This document shows positions 21,213 through 30,305 of a DNA stretch of 64,000 nt, piece by piece. The DNA lies in NCBI GenBank assembly GCA_964230645.1, contig CAXRHT010000001.1, positions 160,001 through 224,000 on the forward strand. The letters run 5' to 3'. A model generated the notes under the pieces. That model was not told the DNA's origin and ran no database searches. It was given only the letters and a program-made list of their open reading frames with translations. Position numbers and translations under genes: made by a program. Origin of the DNA: Bdellovibrionales bacterium (lineage in GTDB: Bacteria; Bdellovibrionota; Bdellovibrionia; Bdellovibrionales; JAGQZY01). Each line of letters begins with the position of its first letter. The stretch's first letter is position 1.

Positions 21213-21858
21213 GCTCTTTCACTTTTTCTTTGAATTGCACAAGAGCCGGCAATTCCGATTCAATTTGCCGCACGATCGAATAAACTTTCAAGGCAATCTG
21301 CTGATTATTGAGCACAGGAACACCCTCGCCACTTTTTTTATTTTCAAAAAGGATCATATCCTCATCCATCACCATGGATGATCCACTCATATCCATTTGC
21401 GCCTTCACCAGTTCCCCCTCCTGCATCCATAGGTAAAGATTGGTGTCTTTAGGCCCATGAAACCAAAAACTGAAGTCAGCTCCCGCGCTGTAGTGTTTGG
21501 GGTCAATAAGAGCCATGTTGAGCCCCACAATGCGATCAGTAACCACACGGTCGATAATAATCCGAGCGGCCACACTAATATCTTTAAAGTGCACGGCCAC
21601 CACCTCATCACTCACGCGAACAGTTTTGGCCGCAATGGCCGCCTCATCCACGTCAGTTTTAAGATGAAGTCTTATGGGCTGATCCACACTCTCCACTTTT
21701 CTTTCTTTGGGTTGAGCGAAGGCCGCCCCTTCATAACTCATATCAAAAACCAAGGTGGGACCGTAGTCCGTGACGGTGACTTGTAGAACTTTTGAAGAAG
21801 GTTCAACCAGCACTCTTTGATATTTACGACGGTCCTTTACGCTGTCACTTTTGGCCAT
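21199..21858 (-). CDS. PilZ-domain protein
   Basis: RRKYQR (RxxxR) and DMSYEG (DxSxxG). Confidence 0.8.
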   Translation of the reverse strand: MAKSDSVKDRRKYQRVLVEPSSKVLQVTVTDYGPTLVFDMSYEGAAFAQPKERKVESVDQPIRLHLKTDVDEAAIAAKTVRVSDEVVAVHFKDISVAARIIIDRVVTDRIVGLNMALIDPKHYSAGADFSFWFHGPKDTNLYLWMQEGELVKAQMDMSGSSMVMDEDMILFENKKSGEGVPVLNNQQIALKVYSIVRQIESELPALVQFKEKVKEHVEA

Positions 21859-22504
21859 TTTTCCTGCTTGTTTTAAGGGATTGACGGAAATTCTCTTCCA
21901 TAAAGGTTCGCATTTTTTGAGCCACTTTTTCAGCGATAACTTCGAGCGTAAAATTCACCAAAAACTGAGGAATAGGAATATCAGATTTCACCAGAGAGGA
22001 CCAAATGGTGATCTCTGTTTTGGTGGGCTCAATGTAACGAAACTTATAATGCCCGACCATCCCTTTCAAAAGACCCCAGGTCACTTTCCAGTCCATTTGA
22101 GCCTCTTTGAGACTCGTTTTCCCCCATTTGTACTTTTGAATGAAACGCATCTGCATACCAAGAGCACGGATATGGAAGTACACTTCTTTTTTTTCTTTTT
22201 TATGAACCACTTTTTTAAAATAACTGGAAATCTCGGGAAGCTTTTCAAAGTTAAGCACTTGCTCTTTGGCAAAATAAAGGGGCACATTCACCACACCGGC
22301 ACCGAGCATTCCCACCTTCGTGCCTCCGGCCACACTCTCTGAGGTGACTGAAACCACAATTTTCCTCTGCTCCGTCATTTTTTCTACAAGATCAGGTTTA
22401 TGATGCCAAAAAGGCAGCTCTTCCTGAGCCATTGTTTGCGAGGCTGGCAGAAACAAAAACAAAATAATAAGACCTATGGCCTTTGAGAAAAGAAATCGAT
22501 TCAC
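21845..22504 (-). CDS. Exported START/SRPBCC-like protein
   Basis: Signal-peptide-like start from GTG 22504; START-like pattern (W.V.WG.LKGM.G.Y.F, IP.FLVN); start uncertain. Confidence 0.6.
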   Translation of the reverse strand: MNRFLFSKAIGLIILFLFLPASQTMAQEELPFWHHKPDLVEKMTEQRKIVVSVTSESVAGGTKVGMLGAGVVNVPLYFAKEQVLNFEKLPEISSYFKKVVHKKEKKEVYFHIRALGMQMRFIQKYKWGKTSLKEAQMDWKVTWGLLKGMVGHYKFRYIEPTKTEITIWSSLVKSDIPIPQFLVNFTLEVIAEKVAQKMRTFMEENFRQSLKTSRKNGQK

Positions 22505-22675
22505 ACCCTCTATTGTATCGAACTCCCCCCCCTTTCGACCACCCCTTCTTTTTTCCAGTTCACGAGCAATTTCTCTCCGCTCAGGCAAAAAGTTCCCCTG
22601 GAGTGAGCTTTTAAAAAAAGGAACTTTCAAAAAAGTCTATGGTATGAGCCCTCTGGAGTGTTAGGATTGGATTAA

Positions 22676-23218
22676 ATGAAGCCCTCACCCTTGCCTATGC
22701 TGGCCACTTTATTTCGAATGGCAGTTGTCCCTGTCATTATCGCGCTTGTCTATTGGCAACCACGCCACTGGGCCCTCGTATCTTGTGTGCTCTTTATCAT
22801 CGCCTCAATAACTGACTGGCTTGATGGTTATTTGGCCCGCAAACTCAATAGTGTGACCACCATGGGGAAATTTATGGACCCCATTGCTGACAAAGTCTTG
22901 GTCTCAAGTCTTCTGATTGTGTTTATTCCATTAAAATGGATCGACCCGATCGCGGTGATTTTACTGATCAACCGAGATGTTGTAATTGGAGGAATCCGCT
23001 CAATCAGTGCCTCACGCGGTCTTGTGATCGACGCTGGCGACCTGGGAAAATGGAAAACGACAGTGCAAATGATCGCTATCCCTGCCCTCTTTTTAAGCGA
23101 AAGCCTGACATTTCTTCCTTTTTTGCAAATCGGTTATTACGGACTGTGGCTAAGTGTTCTGCTTAGCGTTATTTCCGGGTTTCAATACTTTAGCGCCTTT
23201 CTTAAACATAAAATTTAA
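22676..23218 (+). CDS. pgsA: CDP-diacylglycerol--glycerol-3-phosphate 3-phosphatidyltransferase
   Basis: TDWLDGYLARK...T.MGKFMDPIADK; GKWKT..QM. Confidence 0.93.
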   Translation: MKPSPLPMLATLFRMAVVPVIIALVYWQPRHWALVSCVLFIIASITDWLDGYLARKLNSVTTMGKFMDPIADKVLVSSLLIVFIPLKWIDPIAVILLINRDVVIGGIRSISASRGLVIDAGDLGKWKTTVQMIAIPALFLSESLTFLPFLQIGYYGLWLSVLLSVISGFQYFSAFLKHKI

Positions 23219-23347
23219 GGTTCTTAAATATTATTTCACGTTTAAGATTGTTTAAGTGTCATTTCAGTCGTTCGACTTTTATACCCCTATCCAAGCTCTT
23301 AAAACCAATTCCGGCTTTTAGAGTTCAAACAATCAAGAGGGGGTAAA

Positions 23348-24130
23348 ATGTTTAAAAATATCTTAATGATCGCAGTTATGGCTTTCAGTTACGGGGCCTT
23401 TGCTAAAGACATAAAAGTAATGGGAGAGAAGCACTCTCAAGGACAAGAAGTTCTGCACCTAAGAACTCTCGCCAATAAAGCTCTAAAAAATCAAAATTTA
23501 CGAAATTTTGAACTCGTTGGTGTGACCATGAAAGCCAAAAGCCTTCACGGTAACGGCAAGGCCACTTTAGTGGTTGGAAATGATCAAAGCCAAAAAAATG
23601 TGGATCAGTTTGGCGACGCTATTTTCTTTCTTGTGGAAGCGCCATGGGCTTACCATACCCTTCGTTGGAACATCTCCAGTATGCCTGGGCAAGCCAATGA
23701 AATCTGGCAAATTCACTTGAGAGGAAACATCAAAATTGAAGAGGTTAAGCTTAAGCTTAGACCCAGATCAAACCTCACTCGTGTTCGTATTCCTATGAGA
23801 GGTGAGCTTTTAGCGGGAGAGAACACCATTAAACTTCGTCAAGAACTGAAAAAAATGGGTTATCAAACTCGACGTGATCAACTTCGTCGCGTAGTAATGG
23901 TTGCAAAAAGTCGCCGCGGAAGAGCTTCTGCCGGAATGCAAGTGGGACAAAACTTTTCCAACGCTCAAACCATCGGACAATCTCAAAACGGTTTAGCTTT
24001 TCAAAGTAATTTACCAAAAAGTTATAACAGACTGGCTTGGAACTTTCGCGGAAGAACTCCTGGCGCGTGGCAACTCCATATGAAAGGTCGTATCAAAGTC
24101 AAAGCTGTTATTGTTGAGTTCCAAGAGTAG
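23348..24130 (+). CDS. Exported basic protein with two tandem repeated domains
   Basis: Signal peptide, AGAGGGGG SD, internal duplication. Confidence 0.85.
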   Translation: MFKNILMIAVMAFSYGAFAKDIKVMGEKHSQGQEVLHLRTLANKALKNQNLRNFELVGVTMKAKSLHGNGKATLVVGNDQSQKNVDQFGDAIFFLVEAPWAYHTLRWNISSMPGQANEIWQIHLRGNIKIEEVKLKLRPRSNLTRVRIPMRGELLAGENTIKLRQELKKMGYQTRRDQLRRVVMVAKSRRGRASAGMQVGQNFSNAQTIGQSQNGLAFQSNLPKSYNRLAWNFRGRTPGAWQLHMKGRIKVKAVIVEFQE

Positions 24131-24160
24131 TTGATTCTTCTTATTAAATGTTGGTTGCTT

Positions 24161-24194
24161 AAGGTAGGCTCCCCCAAGGGCCTTCCTTTTTTTT
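24161..24194 (+). terminator. Probable intrinsic terminator
   Basis: Imperfect AAGGTAGGCTC/GGGCCTTCCTT hairpin with a T-run, between convergent genes. Confidence 0.55.
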
Positions 24195-24209
24195 GGGAAA
24201 CCTACTTGA

Positions 24210-25340
24210 TCACTGGGCGATGTGAGGGTTTGCGGGATCATTACCTTGCAAACGCCCCTGTTTAAAACACTGAGCGTTGTTGCAACAAGCAATGGCCGCG
24301 TCAGAAAGAACCCGCAACTTGTAAAAGTCCTCGCTCATCAATCCTTGGATTTCTGGAGTCACGCCGTTTTGAGGGCGAGCCAGAATTTGTGAAAGCTCCT
24401 CAGTCACCCCCTGATCGTTTGGACCAGAGAAGCTTGAAGGCGAACGGTTGGGAACATCTCTTAAATAAACGGCCCCCTCTTGCCCGTCGCTTCTGACATC
24501 ATAGGCAATTCGACCAATCTCTCCGGAACGCGTCCCGCTTCCCCCTTGCTGCCTGGTGAGACTCATTCTTGTTTTAGGAGGTGAACTGCTTCGATCTAAC
24601 TGAGTCCTGATTCGTATTTCACCAAAAGTTTGAAAGTCAAAATCGAAAGCCGCTTCACCAGAATCACAGTATAAATTGTATTGCTCATTGAGGTGCTGAC
24701 CGCCTGAAATTAGCGCTCGGCCATCGGTCATATAAGAGGAAACCAGATCCTTTTGGCTCCATTCATCCACGGCCATGGACGCTACGATGGCAGCCCAGTA
24801 GCTGGTTTGCGAACCACTGAATTCAAAAGGAGTTCCACTGAAAACTTGTGAATTTTGGGCCCAACTGACAGCAAAAAGAAGGTTGAGAATAGAGGCTGAT
24901 TTTTTATTTCTCTGCTTTCTTACAAATATACGGGTCATCCACTCATTGAGCGACTCCCCCTTGTGCCTTGAAATATCTTTTTGATTGTAGAAGAAACGCA
25001 CCCTAGAGCCTTTTTTACGAGCACTAAGAACGCTCACTGGGCGTTGTGACTTTGAGTCGAGAAACAAAATGACGTTTTTATGGTGAATAAACTTCGGAAA
25101 AGAGCCATTAGCAAATTTTGAGAAGTGTTGCCTTCGAAAAAGCCGCACCGATCGTGATCCGGAATTGAGCCATTGTTGCACGGACTTCACATTGTGCAAT
25201 TCGGCCGCCACTTCCGTTATCTTCCTTTCACTGATCGAGATATTTTTTGGGGGAGCTTGAGGGGTATTTTTCTTTGCTTGTAGTGTAAGGCTTGAAAAAA
25301 ACAAAGTTAGGCAAACAATCAGATTTTTAGACATAAACAC
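24210..25340 (-). CDS. Hypothetical exported protein
   Basis: 376-aa ORF with signal peptide (..FFSSLTLQA). Confidence 0.7.
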   Translation of the reverse strand: MFMSKNLIVCLTLFFSSLTLQAKKNTPQAPPKNISISERKITEVAAELHNVKSVQQWLNSGSRSVRLFRRQHFSKFANGSFPKFIHHKNVILFLDSKSQRPVSVLSARKKGSRVRFFYNQKDISRHKGESLNEWMTRIFVRKQRNKKSASILNLLFAVSWAQNSQVFSGTPFEFSGSQTSYWAAIVASMAVDEWSQKDLVSSYMTDGRALISGGQHLNEQYNLYCDSGEAAFDFDFQTFGEIRIRTQLDRSSSPPKTRMSLTRQQGGSGTRSGEIGRIAYDVRSDGQEGAVYLRDVPNRSPSSFSGPNDQGVTEELSQILARPQNGVTPEIQGLMSEDFYKLRVLSDAAIACCNNAQCFKQGRLQGNDPANPHIAQ

Positions 25341-25477
25341 TCCCTCTATGAATTGTAGCCAGAAAAGAGTAAGGCATCAAATCAGGAGCCAGGCTGAAAG
25401 GTCTAGGTTTTTTACATCTCATTCTCTTACTGGTGGCTTCCTAGAGCTCATGTTCCTGGGGGCGAAGAAACTCTCCC

Positions 25478-26128
25478 TCATTCAAGATCTTTACGTATAT
25501 CCATCCATATCTCATGATAACGCCATGCTGGCGGAGGGTTTTTACCTTGTCTGTGATCTGGTAACAGCTCTAGGCCTTTAGTCCTAGAAAGGACAGCTTT
25601 TACCTTGGGGTTTTGCTCTAGCTTTGCTTTCATAGCCTTTCGAATCAGATGATAAAAATCACCTTTCTCTTGCAGCCTATAAGTCATTTTTCTTTTTTTG
25701 AAACTAACCCATTCTAAATTATTTTCTTTCATCACCTTTGACCCAAAATCTCCGGCTTTTTTAGCTTGAAAGGCTGTCATCAAAGCCACTTCCCCACGGG
25801 TATAAGGCCACTTAGCCAATGAAAGACGTGGATCTTCTGCCCCCTCAGGATACTTCATGGCTTGCCAGAAGCCCTCAAGGCTAGCGAACTTCTCTCCCTT
25901 ATAGATGAAAGGGGTGGATGCAAAATTTGATAAAATTCCAAGCTCGTTTCTTTTGGAAAGTATCACTTGAGGGGGCTCAACTGAGGCAGGGCTAATCTCC
26001 CAAGATTTTAATTCAGTGGCCGGCACGGACTTCCACCAGAGATCAGGATAGTTGTTTTGGTTTTTGGGGGCTTGAACACAAGAGACAAATAAAAGAAACA
26101 CTAGAAACGGCATGAATTTTCCTTTCAA
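25478..26128 (-). CDS. NADAR-family protein with lipoprotein signal
   Basis: LSNF..PF...G..F.S.E...QAMK and MKAK..QNP..L..T..L; lipobox FVSC. Confidence 0.75.
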   Translation of the reverse strand: MKGKFMPFLVFLLFVSCVQAPKNQNNYPDLWWKSVPATELKSWEISPASVEPPQVILSKRNELGILSNFASTPFIYKGEKFASLEGFWQAMKYPEGAEDPRLSLAKWPYTRGEVALMTAFQAKKAGDFGSKVMKENNLEWVSFKKRKMTYRLQEKGDFYHLIRKAMKAKLEQNPKVKAVLSRTKGLELLPDHRQGKNPPPAWRYHEIWMDIRKDLE

Positions 26129-26190
26129 GCCTAAACTAGCAGAAAGAAAGAGCAGGTGAAACTTTTTTTGATTGCATTGAATGGCTGGGA

Positions 26191-26589
26191 CTAGGGCTTT
26201 TTAAAAGCAACCACTTTCTGTTTTTCCAGATCAATCATGTACTCTAACTGCGAGGACTTTTTGGATAGGTAAAAACGCTGACTTAAAGGATGAAAGGAGC
26301 CTTCGAAATCAACGAAGAGCTTTTTGCCAAGTTTTCCAGAAAAGTCTATTTTGATCTCCGAGGGTCCAAAAGCGTACTGATTTCCTATAGATGATTTGAA
26401 AAGACGAGCGGATTTTAAGCTGACACAAAAGTCCTTGTGACAAGAAGTCATCGCCACATCACCCATTTTCTCATCAGAGGCTTGCGCAAAGCTTGTAAAA
26501 AAAACTAAGGAAGCTAGATAGACTAGCCTCCCAGTTTTTCGAAAAAAAATGAGAATAATCTTAGTACTCGACAGCACAAAGACCTTCAT
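26191..26589 (-). CDS. Hypothetical protein
   Basis: ORF with a signal-like segment (..FFTSFAQA); start uncertain. Confidence 0.5.
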   Translation of the reverse strand: MKVFVLSSTKIILIFFRKTGRLVYLASLVFFTSFAQASDEKMGDVAMTSCHKDFCVSLKSARLFKSSIGNQYAFGPSEIKIDFSGKLGKKLFVDFEGSFHPLSQRFYLSKKSSQLEYMIDLEKQKVVAFKKP

Positions 26590-28048
26590 TTTTATTAATG
26601 GCTTTAGTTTCAGAAAGAAACTGATCAGCATCGCCATTCACGAACAGTCCACCGAGACTATTGTCAGCAAAACTCTTCGCTTCACCACAATCATTGTAGG
26701 CATCAGGCGCTACACTTCTGAGGTTTTGGATCGGATTATTAAGAACAGCTGTTGGTCTGATCTCAGCTTTTACTTTCTCACCAGTTGACCTAATCACAGG
26801 TATGTTCGATCGACCCATTTGGATGAAAGTTTGACGTTTCTTCTCACCTTCAACTTCAATAACACCACCACTTAATGCAAGATCAATGGTATCTAATACT
26901 TTTTCAAGAGGGCTATGAAAAGTTCCTTCATTCAAGCACAACCCTTCATCGAGAACATAACCTTCTCTTCTTAACAGCTCTTTTCCTGGGCGGTAATCAT
27001 AATGATAATTTCCGTTACCATCCACACGAGAAGTTATTTCAACTTCTCCAGTGTAGACAAAAGAAGTCCCCTCTGTAGGCAAAGGACAAAGAGTTTCTTG
27101 ATTCTCCTGAATCCAACGAACTCCGACCATCGCATCAATACCGAGGTCCACTATTTGGGAAAGGGCCTGATCATCGCGAAGAGTTCCGAGTTTCTCGTCA
27201 GAGTTTTTAGCGATTTCAATTTTTTGCTGTTGAGTCATTAAAGGCTCATCACGAGTCTCCATGATTGTTTTTTGTAAACCCGTTCCATCGTATGCTGTGA
27301 GAAGAATGGAATAGATTTGCATTCCAGCAAACGAGTTCTTGAAAACTTCCATCTCACCACGATCAACTTTCATCTTCATGAAATCCATATTTATTTCACA
27401 ATCAATGTCTGTCGCAAGGTCATGGATACGAGTATAGGTACAAATATGACCACGATCTTTTAAACGTTGATCAAACCATTTTTCTGAAACATTAATTTCT
27501 AACTCAAGATCACGATTTTCACGAAAGAAAGTTCGAGCTTCATCGTAAGCGGCAACCTGTCCTTGCAAGAAATCCTGTAGGTCTTTTTCAGTGGCAATAT
27601 CGGGCTCACCATCTTTTAAGAACTCATCCAAAAGCGGGTGCATACGAATTCCGGCTTGCTCACCGTAGTAATTGGCCTGATAACTTTCATAGCTTTTGGG
27701 ATCTTTTTTCATTAATGGTTCTATTCTCTTTACAATTCCCTTGAGATTCATCATCGGTTTTGTGATCGCTCTATACATTTGAGCTTTTTTATTCGAACTG
27801 TCATGGTTCATAGCCTCAACGAAGAGTCTATCGGCAAGAAAAAACGACTCCGGGCTAAAAAGCATCTCTCCGGCTTCGACCAACTTTTGAGCCTTTTGCT
27901 CAGGAGTCATTGTGTCGTCATCGACGATCTTCTGACCATCCACTCGGTTTTGGCCCGAGGCATCCGATTGGTTCGAGTCGTTATCACTTGTACAGGCCAC
28001 CATAAGTCCAAGGACAGCCAGTAGTGCAATCACATAGTTTTTAATCAT
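26561..28048 (-). CDS. Hypothetical lipoprotein
   Basis: Lipobox LMVAC, AAGGAG SD, 495 aa. Confidence 0.85.
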   Translation of the reverse strand: MIKNYVIALLAVLGLMVACTSDNDSNQSDASGQNRVDGQKIVDDDTMTPEQKAQKLVEAGEMLFSPESFFLADRLFVEAMNHDSSNKKAQMYRAITKPMMNLKGIVKRIEPLMKKDPKSYESYQANYYGEQAGIRMHPLLDEFLKDGEPDIATEKDLQDFLQGQVAAYDEARTFFRENRDLELEINVSEKWFDQRLKDRGHICTYTRIHDLATDIDCEINMDFMKMKVDRGEMEVFKNSFAGMQIYSILLTAYDGTGLQKTIMETRDEPLMTQQQKIEIAKNSDEKLGTLRDDQALSQIVDLGIDAMVGVRWIQENQETLCPLPTEGTSFVYTGEVEITSRVDGNGNYHYDYRPGKELLRREGYVLDEGLCLNEGTFHSPLEKVLDTIDLALSGGVIEVEGEKKRQTFIQMGRSNIPVIRSTGEKVKAEIRPTAVLNNPIQNLRSVAPDAYNDCGEAKSFADNSLGGLFVNGDADQFLSETKAINKNEGLCAVEY

Positions 28049-28304
28049 GAGGGGAGCTCCTTTCAGAATTCGATTGATAGGTTTCCCCCACTAAAGAGCA
28101 ATTCTGATACCAACAAAAATACAGCACAAAAGTGACCTGCAGGAATCATCAAACAATGCCTATAGAGCCACTCAAAGGCCTTAAAGCTCACAAATTAGAA
28201 AATTTTTCCACTGTAAATAGATTGGTCAGTCGACCTTAAACGTCACCGCTGCGGCCCCTGCAAGCTTTGGGATAGTGGTTTATTGTCGAGGATGTCTTCT
28301 ATTT

Positions 28305-28517
28305 CTATCCAATCTGGGCCCAAGCTATGCGAGCTTTTCGATAGGCATTCAACGGAGAATAGGCTTTCGCTGAAACTTTTTTCCCCTTCCACTCAAGACT
28401 GACTTGAAATTGTCCGAACTCTCCTTCGGTGACGCTCACTTTTGGAGCTTCAAGGATATCCAAGGACCTTTTCGCCTCTTTCTTCGTTGATTTTTCTGGA
28501 TAACTTTCAACTTCCAC
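28305..28517 (-). CDS. Small hypothetical protein
   Basis: 70-aa ORF with GGGGAGG SD, 20 nt after the nitrilase fusion. Confidence 0.55.
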   Translation of the reverse strand: MEVESYPEKSTKKEAKRSLDILEAPKVSVTEGEFGQFQVSLEWKGKKVSAKAYSPLNAYRKARIAWAQIG

Positions 28518-28536
28518 AGTCCCCTCCCCTAAGCGA

Positions 28537-30087
28537 TCAAATGTCTTCGTCCAAGTTGTGCCAACTCACAGAATAAAGATCGTGCCTTCTATCCTTGAGG
28601 TTTTGAACGGCCCCACTGTTTCGGGCTTCTTTTAATACATCCATGCGGAGATCAGCAATTGCTACCATCTCAGCATTAGGCGTGGTATCAGCGGCGATTC
28701 CATCCCTAGCAAAGGGGTAATCACAAGGTGTTAGAATGCAGCTCTGCGCATATTGGATATCCATATTATGAACCCGTGGAAGGTTCCCCACATTTCCGGC
28801 CATGGCCACATAAACTTGATTTTCAATGGCTCTGGCCTGACAGCAGTACTTCACGCGGCAGTAGGCCTGTCGATTATCAGTTAAGAAGGGAACAAAAAGA
28901 ATCTGCATCCCTTGATTGACCAAATAACGAGAGAGCTCGGGGAACTCACTATCATAACAGATCAAAACCCCAATAGGCCCACAATCTGTTTGGATCACAT
29001 TGAGTTTACTTCCCCCCTCAATATTCCACCAGTAACGCTCATCGGGAGTGGGATGAATTTTTGCCTGCTGGTGAACCGAGCCATCCCGCAAACATACATA
29101 AGAGATGTTCTGAACTTTTTTACCAACGTAGGTGGGATGAGACCCTGCAATAATATTCACATTGTACTTGAGTGCTAAGCCCTGAAAGAGGTCTCTGACT
29201 TGATCGGTCCACTTTGTCATTTTCTCAACGGCTTTTGAAGGATGGATCTGCTCGTTTTCAATAGAAAGAAGCTGCATGGTGAAAAGCTCTGGAAATAACA
29301 CAAAGTCCGCTCGGTAATCCGCTGTGACATCAACAAAATACTCCACCATCTGGGAGAAATCTTCAAAAGACTTAATACCCCGCTGCTGGTACTGTACGGA
29401 AACCACTCGTACAGAATTCTGACGACTGGGCTTTCTTTTACTTTGAGAGTTCACTTGGTTTTCGCTGATTTCTGGATTCTTCCAAAGCAAGTGCACGGCA
29501 AAACCCATCGACTGTTTATCCGAAGGTAGATATTCCTTTAGAATTCCAAGAACCTCAAAGCCATTTTTAACTTGAAAGTTTAAAGTTGGATCATTAATTT
29601 TTTTATCAAGAACCTGCTGAATGTACTCTTCAGGGCTCCCTACCTTTTTCTTTCTTTTTCGATAATTGGGAATTCTGCCCGCAAAGACAATCCCTTTTAG
29701 TCGCTCATATTTTACAATATTTTTTCGCTTATTATAAAAACGCTGGCCAATGCGGTGGCGTCGATATCCAGGGTGAACACAGGTTTCATAACCATAGAGG
29801 TAGTCGCCATTTTCGTCATGGGTGGTTCCGAAACCATCTCCAGTGATTTGTTGCCAAGTGTGTTTGCTGAAAGCTTTCTTTTCTGAAACCTTAATACTTG
29901 CTGAGTAACCAACAATTTCACCATTCATTTCCGCCACCAAGTGACCATCGGGAAAATGCAGTATCTGCCCTCGAATCATGGCTGGAGAGTAACTGGGCAT
30001 CTCGCTATAGACTTTGTCACAAACGGTGATAATCCCATCAATATCATCAAGTGTCGCTGTACGTACTACCAATTTTTTTTTGCTCAT
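28537..30087 (-). CDS. GNAT acetyltransferase / carbon-nitrogen hydrolase (nitrilase superfamily) fusion
   Basis: N-terminal GNAT (CVHPGYRRHRIG); C-terminal E-K-C triad (FPELF, KIH, ICYDSEFPE), ARAIENQ. Confidence 0.92.
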   Translation of the reverse strand: MSKKKLVVRTATLDDIDGIITVCDKVYSEMPSYSPAMIRGQILHFPDGHLVAEMNGEIVGYSASIKVSEKKAFSKHTWQQITGDGFGTTHDENGDYLYGYETCVHPGYRRHRIGQRFYNKRKNIVKYERLKGIVFAGRIPNYRKRKKKVGSPEEYIQQVLDKKINDPTLNFQVKNGFEVLGILKEYLPSDKQSMGFAVHLLWKNPEISENQVNSQSKRKPSRQNSVRVVSVQYQQRGIKSFEDFSQMVEYFVDVTADYRADFVLFPELFTMQLLSIENEQIHPSKAVEKMTKWTDQVRDLFQGLALKYNVNIIAGSHPTYVGKKVQNISYVCLRDGSVHQQAKIHPTPDERYWWNIEGGSKLNVIQTDCGPIGVLICYDSEFPELSRYLVNQGMQILFVPFLTDNRQAYCRVKYCCQARAIENQVYVAMAGNVGNLPRVHNMDIQYAQSCILTPCDYPFARDGIAADTTPNAEMVAIADLRMDVLKEARNSGAVQNLKDRRHDLYSVSWHNLDEDI

Positions 30088-30305
30088 AGCCCCTAAGACT
30101 ATACAGCATTTTAGCATAAGGCAAATAAAGAGGCGCCCCGAGAGCCTTGCCAGGCTTGATTTTGCTGCTTTTTAAAGCAAATACTAGAGGCCTTGTTCTA
30201 ATCAAGAGCTAGAATCGTTATTTGACACGACATTTCTAGCAACGCTCGACCAAAATTCTTTACCCATTAAAATTTCAAGGTATACTTTGGACAAACTAGG
30301 AATTT

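Noticed and set aside
28225..28295. Possible structured RNA in the intergenic region
   Set aside because: Only weak imperfect pairing, with no recognisable family motif.
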